A stretch of DNA of 64,000 nucleotides from NCBI GenBank assembly GCA_937625935.1, contig OW569382.1:186001-250000 (forward strand), written 5' to 3'. The position numbers were made by a program, and so were the translations under genes. A model generated the notes under the pieces. That model worked only from the letters and a program-made list of their open reading frames with translations, made no database searches and was not told where the DNA came from. Within the stretch, counting starts at the first letter, position 1; each line of letters begins with the position of its first letter. This DNA comes from Tetramitus jugosus (lineage: Eukaryota > Protista > Heterolobosea). Shown here piece by piece: positions 59,973 through 64,000 of this stretch.

Positions 59973-61685
59973 ATGATGATTCAACAGCGGTTCAATAGAC
60001 ACATGATTCGATCCTCCACTCGACAGTCAACAATATCATTGTTGATGAGCTATCATCATCAACCGTTCCAGCCACTGTTGAGAGAGACAAAAGCAGAGAG
60101 AAGAGCCAAAGGACTTGCCAATGCACAAAAAAAGCATGCACTGTGGACAGAGGGTGAATCTTCGTTGTTGGATCAGTTGGATTATGTGCCAACAATTGGT
60201 TTGGAAGTGCATGCACAAATCAAGAGTCAATCCAAGCTTTTTAGCACTGCGAGCACACTGTTCAATCATACGCAACCCAATTCTCACATTTCTCACATTG
60301 ATGTGGCATTGCCTGGTTCATTGCCACTTTTGAATGAGTATTGTGTGAGACAGGCTGTGAAGACATCGTTGGCACTCAACGGACAAGTGCAACCCTATTC
60401 CCAATTTGATAGAAAGCATTACTTTTATCCAGATATGCCTCAAGGTTATCAAATTACGCAACAATTTTATCCTCTCATGTTGAATGGTCACTTGTATTTG
60501 CAGTACAATGCACCAGATGCGACAACAAGTGATGATATGAGTGATCATTTGTCACAGCAAGTCAAAGTGACAATACAGAGACTTCAAATCGAACAAGATT
60601 CCGGTAAATCAATGCATGATATCTCATTTGAGGAGAGAGACATGAAAACGACGCTTGTTGATTTGAATAGAGCTGGTATTGCATTGATGGAAATTATCAC
60701 AGGTCCTGATCTGCACAGCACAATTCAAGTGGAGCAATTTTTGAAACGTTTGCAATTCTTGTTGCGTCATATTGGTACTTGTGATGGTAATATGGAGGAG
60801 GGAAACATGAGATGCGATGTGAATGTGTCTGTTGCAAAGCGTTCTTCGCCTACATATGGTGTTCGTTGTGAAATCAAAAATGTTACAAGTTTTAGTAATG
60901 TGTGTAAGGCAATCGATTATGAAGTGAAGAGACAGATTCAAGTTTTGGAAGCAGGTGGTACCATAGAGCAAGAGACTCGCGCATTTGATGCTAAAACCAA
61001 TACGACAGTTCTGATGCGTTCGAAAGAAAATGCACCGGACTACCGATTCTTCCCTGATCCCGATCTTCCTCCACTCAAACTAACACAGGAGTACATAGAA
61101 AGAATCAGGAGTGAACTACCTGAACTTCCCGATCAAGTAACAGAAAGAATGATCAAGCAATACCCTGGACTCACTGTCGAAGATGTGAACTTCTTGTTCT
61201 CTCACGATGCTCTCGCATATTTTGAAGGAATAATAAGTGGAAATAGAGATGCCAAGATGTCATTCAATTTGTTGAGTGCTGAGCTCTTTGGGCTCCTGAA
61301 CAAGGATGGAAAGACTATTGCTCAATCTCCGGTATCATCAGACCAACTAAGTTCGCTTGTGGAGTGCGTGCAACAAGATCTGATCTCTAGCAAGACTGCA
61401 AAACGTGTGTTGCAAATCCTCTATGAATCTGGAGACTCCAACAAAACAGCTCTAGATGTTGTGAATGAAAATAACTGGAAGCAGATTACCGACCAGAAAC
61501 AGATCATGACCTTGTGTGAGCAGACCATTGCTTCCCACAGGTCGGAAGTTGAGAAGTATTTAACGGGCAATGCTCGTATGCTTTCATTCCTTGTGGGTCA
61601 AGTCGTAAAAGCGACAGATGGAATGGTCAATCCGCTCATTGCTACCGATATAATGAAAAGTTTGATCGAAAATCAGAAACAATAA
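59973..61685 (+). CDS. gatB: Mitochondrial Glu-tRNA(Gln) amidotransferase subunit B
   Basis: IGLEVHAQ, FDRKHYFYPDMP, EQDSGKS, DLNRAG, RCDVNVS, DYRFFPDPDLPP. Confidence 0.96.
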   Translation: MMIQQRFNRHMIRSSTRQSTISLLMSYHHQPFQPLLRETKAERRAKGLANAQKKHALWTEGESSLLDQLDYVPTIGLEVHAQIKSQSKLFSTASTLFNHTQPNSHISHIDVALPGSLPLLNEYCVRQAVKTSLALNGQVQPYSQFDRKHYFYPDMPQGYQITQQFYPLMLNGHLYLQYNAPDATTSDDMSDHLSQQVKVTIQRLQIEQDSGKSMHDISFEERDMKTTLVDLNRAGIALMEIITGPDLHSTIQVEQFLKRLQFLLRHIGTCDGNMEEGNMRCDVNVSVAKRSSPTYGVRCEIKNVTSFSNVCKAIDYEVKRQIQVLEAGGTIEQETRAFDAKTNTTVLMRSKENAPDYRFFPDPDLPPLKLTQEYIERIRSELPELPDQVTERMIKQYPGLTVEDVNFLFSHDALAYFEGIISGNRDAKMSFNLLSAELFGLLNKDGKTIAQSPVSSDQLSSLVECVQQDLISSKTAKRVLQILYESGDSNKTALDVVNENNWKQITDQKQIMTLCEQTIASHRSEVEKYLTGNARMLSFLVGQVVKATDGMVNPLIATDIMKSLIENQKQ

Positions 61686-61725
61686 ATTTCACAAATACGA
61701 CAAGAGAAGTGAGCAAGCGATTGAT

Positions 61726-63573
61726 ATGTCCAATGTACCAGTCAGAGTCGTACGAAGTGTAAGAGAGAATCGAACTGCTTCAGCGAACCAATTTTCTTCT
61801 CAGACTCTGAAGCATGCTGAACTTTTGAACAAGTATAAGGACAAGTCTTCTGAAATATCCTCCAAGTTCAAGAACTTGAAACGAAACGTAAATCACAACA
61901 AGAATCAATCAAAGGAAAAACTGGAGAAGATTACATGGATGAAAGAGTTTAAAAGATTGTTGAAGCAGGAGCAAGATATCGAGCATTGGTTAGAAGATCA
62001 TTATGAAAACGTTGCTCCTTTGCTAGTATCTGAAAGTATTGATGACGAGTCTGATTGTCTCAATTCTATTTCCAGTGAACAAGAAATTCGAGCTTTAACA
62101 CGTATGTGTATCGCAAACCATAAATTGAAGGGACAAGAGGATAGTACTCTTCAGGATTATATTGACAAGTTCACAAACATTGCAAACTCCACCATCCAAG
62201 AACAAGTTGTCCGGATGCTTTTCAATATCGAGAGACTGTACAAAACGAGTGTTTCTAATTCTAAGGTGATTAATTTCTCCAATATGGAAGACCATTTATC
62301 TCATATCAGATCTGAAATCGAGGAAAGAGTTGCATTCGATCCTAACATCGAAGATCGCGAATTACGAAACAATTTGATAAATCTCATCTACTGCTATGAT
62401 GTGGAGGTGAAAGATAAGTTAAACCAAGAGAAAGAGAATTACATAGAACAATGCAGGCAACTTTTTGGTGACTTATGGAATTCAGAACGTATCTCTCTCA
62501 AATCCTTCTTTGGGTTTTGGTCTGACAGCGACCATAAACACTACTTGAAAATTCTACATCAATCTAAAGCTGAATCTGATGTTTTGAGCTACAAACCAAT
62601 GACCTACTTGGAATTATGTCAAAAGGAATTACCCCATAAATCTCAGAGCGATTTTCTACTGCATGATAAGTGGTACAGGCAGATACACAGTTTTTATACT
62701 CAAAGAGTTCATACAATCAAAGGTTCCTACATTGAAAATATTAGACCAAGTGTAGTTGAAAATGCATGTGATGCCATCCTACAAGCAATTGATATTCACC
62801 ACTTTGAAGAAATGAAACGGAAACAAGAATCTCAACAAAGAGAAGACAAGCGAAGAAGAGACGAAGAACTGTCTTATTTGAGGAAGCAAAAACTAGAGGA
62901 ATTAGAGAAAAAGCTCCAAGAAACGAGAGAGAGGGAGAGAGAACATCTGGAACAAGAAGAGAAGCTAGCGCAAAGGGCTTTGCATGAGAGATTAGCACAA
63001 AAACAAAAGTTGATTAAATACAAAGAAAACGAGAGAAAACTAAAGCAGGAGATTGAAGACAACCGAGTAGCAGAAGAGAGAGAAAGAGTTAGAGAAAAGA
63101 AAGAACTCGAAAAGTATAATGCAGAGAGGGTTGCTTATCGAACGAATCAGACTCAATTAGCACAGGAAAGAAAATTCGAACTTCAACAACAAGGAATAGA
63201 GAAGGAACGAGAAGCACAGTACCAATTAGACAAATTGAGGGAAATAGTCAGACAAAAACTAAAGTTGGATTTAATAGAGACAGATATGGATAGATTGACA
63301 CAACCCACTGAATCATTGCACCATGCGCACCAACAACAAGTGATGGAAGTAGAGCAAAAGAAGAGGAATGCTGGTTCTCGTGGTGCTACAGGAGTGCATG
63401 GTTATACCACTGATGAGTTGATGAAAGACAAGAGGTTCAAGCTCAAAACCTTGCTAAGCGAAGTTGGACTTTTGCACTTCAATTATGCGAAAGAAGTAGT
63501 CATGACTGCAACTCCATTCAAGCCACCTCGAATCGATACATTCACTACAGATGAGCGACAACGGTTTCGTTAG
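61726..63573 (+). CDS. CCDC148-like coiled-coil protein
   Basis: Long E/R/K coiled coil, ERVAYR, C-terminal Y...ELMKDKRFKL...GLLH.NYAKEV...KPPRID. Confidence 0.65.
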   Translation: MSNVPVRVVRSVRENRTASANQFSSQTLKHAELLNKYKDKSSEISSKFKNLKRNVNHNKNQSKEKLEKITWMKEFKRLLKQEQDIEHWLEDHYENVAPLLVSESIDDESDCLNSISSEQEIRALTRMCIANHKLKGQEDSTLQDYIDKFTNIANSTIQEQVVRMLFNIERLYKTSVSNSKVINFSNMEDHLSHIRSEIEERVAFDPNIEDRELRNNLINLIYCYDVEVKDKLNQEKENYIEQCRQLFGDLWNSERISLKSFFGFWSDSDHKHYLKILHQSKAESDVLSYKPMTYLELCQKELPHKSQSDFLLHDKWYRQIHSFYTQRVHTIKGSYIENIRPSVVENACDAILQAIDIHHFEEMKRKQESQQREDKRRRDEELSYLRKQKLEELEKKLQETREREREHLEQEEKLAQRALHERLAQKQKLIKYKENERKLKQEIEDNRVAEERERVREKKELEKYNAERVAYRTNQTQLAQERKFELQQQGIEKEREAQYQLDKLREIVRQKLKLDLIETDMDRLTQPTESLHHAHQQQVMEVEQKKRNAGSRGATGVHGYTTDELMKDKRFKLKTLLSEVGLLHFNYAKEVVMTATPFKPPRIDTFTTDERQRFR

Positions 63574-63618
63574 TGAACAAAACGTATCCATGAGTATATC
63601 ATGGCAGTATCGTTCCCC

Positions 63619-64000
63619 CTAAATGATACATGTTGCGCTTGTGATGTTTGTCCCAGATTCCGTCTTGGCCACACGATAAGTCTTGTAGCAATCGATTCCC
63701 TTCTGTTCTGAATCAAAGTAATACTGCTGAAACTTTTCGATTTGTTGTGTGTGGAACAGAGATCCCATAGTTGTCGTTATCTTGCCCTTCAGTGAATAAC
63801 CTTGCTGCGGTTTTCGCATAATCAAATCTTGAATCTGACAAAAGAAGGGAGACGTTTTCACATCGATATACGATTGAACGTAGAATTGTTGGCTGGACCA
63901 ACGAGGTATCGTATCACTCGCATTCCAATTGAACTCTATCGGTTGTTCAATAATGTAGGACAAAGAGAGCGTTGGATCATACAGAGTCAACTCTAGCTCC
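63619..64000 (-). CDS. 3' end of a hypothetical protein (partial)
   Basis: Open frame from near the window edge to a stop at 63619. Confidence 0.5.
   Translation of the reverse strand, partial: ELELTLYDPTLSLSYIIEQPIEFNWNASDTIPRWSSQQFYVQSYIDVKTSPFFCQIQDLIMRKPQQGYSLKGKITTTMGSLFHTQQIEKFQQYYFDSEQKGIDCYKTYRVAKTESGTNITSATCII

Overview
Gene-dense, intron-poor eukaryotic nuclear DNA (standard code, short GT-AG introns, many Asn/His/Ser/Gln homopolymer tracts). Gene content and style suggest a free-living protist, possibly heterolobosean-like (inference only). About 25 host genes are recognisable: V-ATPase c, MFS, PMCA, Leu/Glu dehydrogenase, PAS-adenylate cyclase, eIF4G, gluconokinase, GEX1, PCIF1, kinase, COMMD2, kelch-BTB, YeeE/YedE, RhoGEF, RMI1, GatA/GatB and CCDC148-like, plus tRNA-Gly(TCC). 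Three loci stand out. (1) A minus-strand GNAT acetyltransferase is split into a 70-codon ORF1 ending UGG-UUU-UAG and a +1-frame ORF2, the architecture of an antizyme-type +1 frameshift; the ~345 nt after its stop codon fold into one long rod-like hairpin. (2) A stack of poly(A)-tailed non-LTR retroelement units (two ORF1-only units, a short 3' fragment and a zf-RVT remnant) with target-site duplications starts ~40 bp upstream of the tRNA gene, head-to-head, like Dictyostelium TRE5. (3) An apparently intact PIF/Harbinger-superfamily DNA transposon has an AT target duplication, a Myb-like partner protein that seems fused to an alpha-crystallin/HSP20 domain, and an inverted repeat plus CAACTG-containing tandem array between its divergent ORFs.
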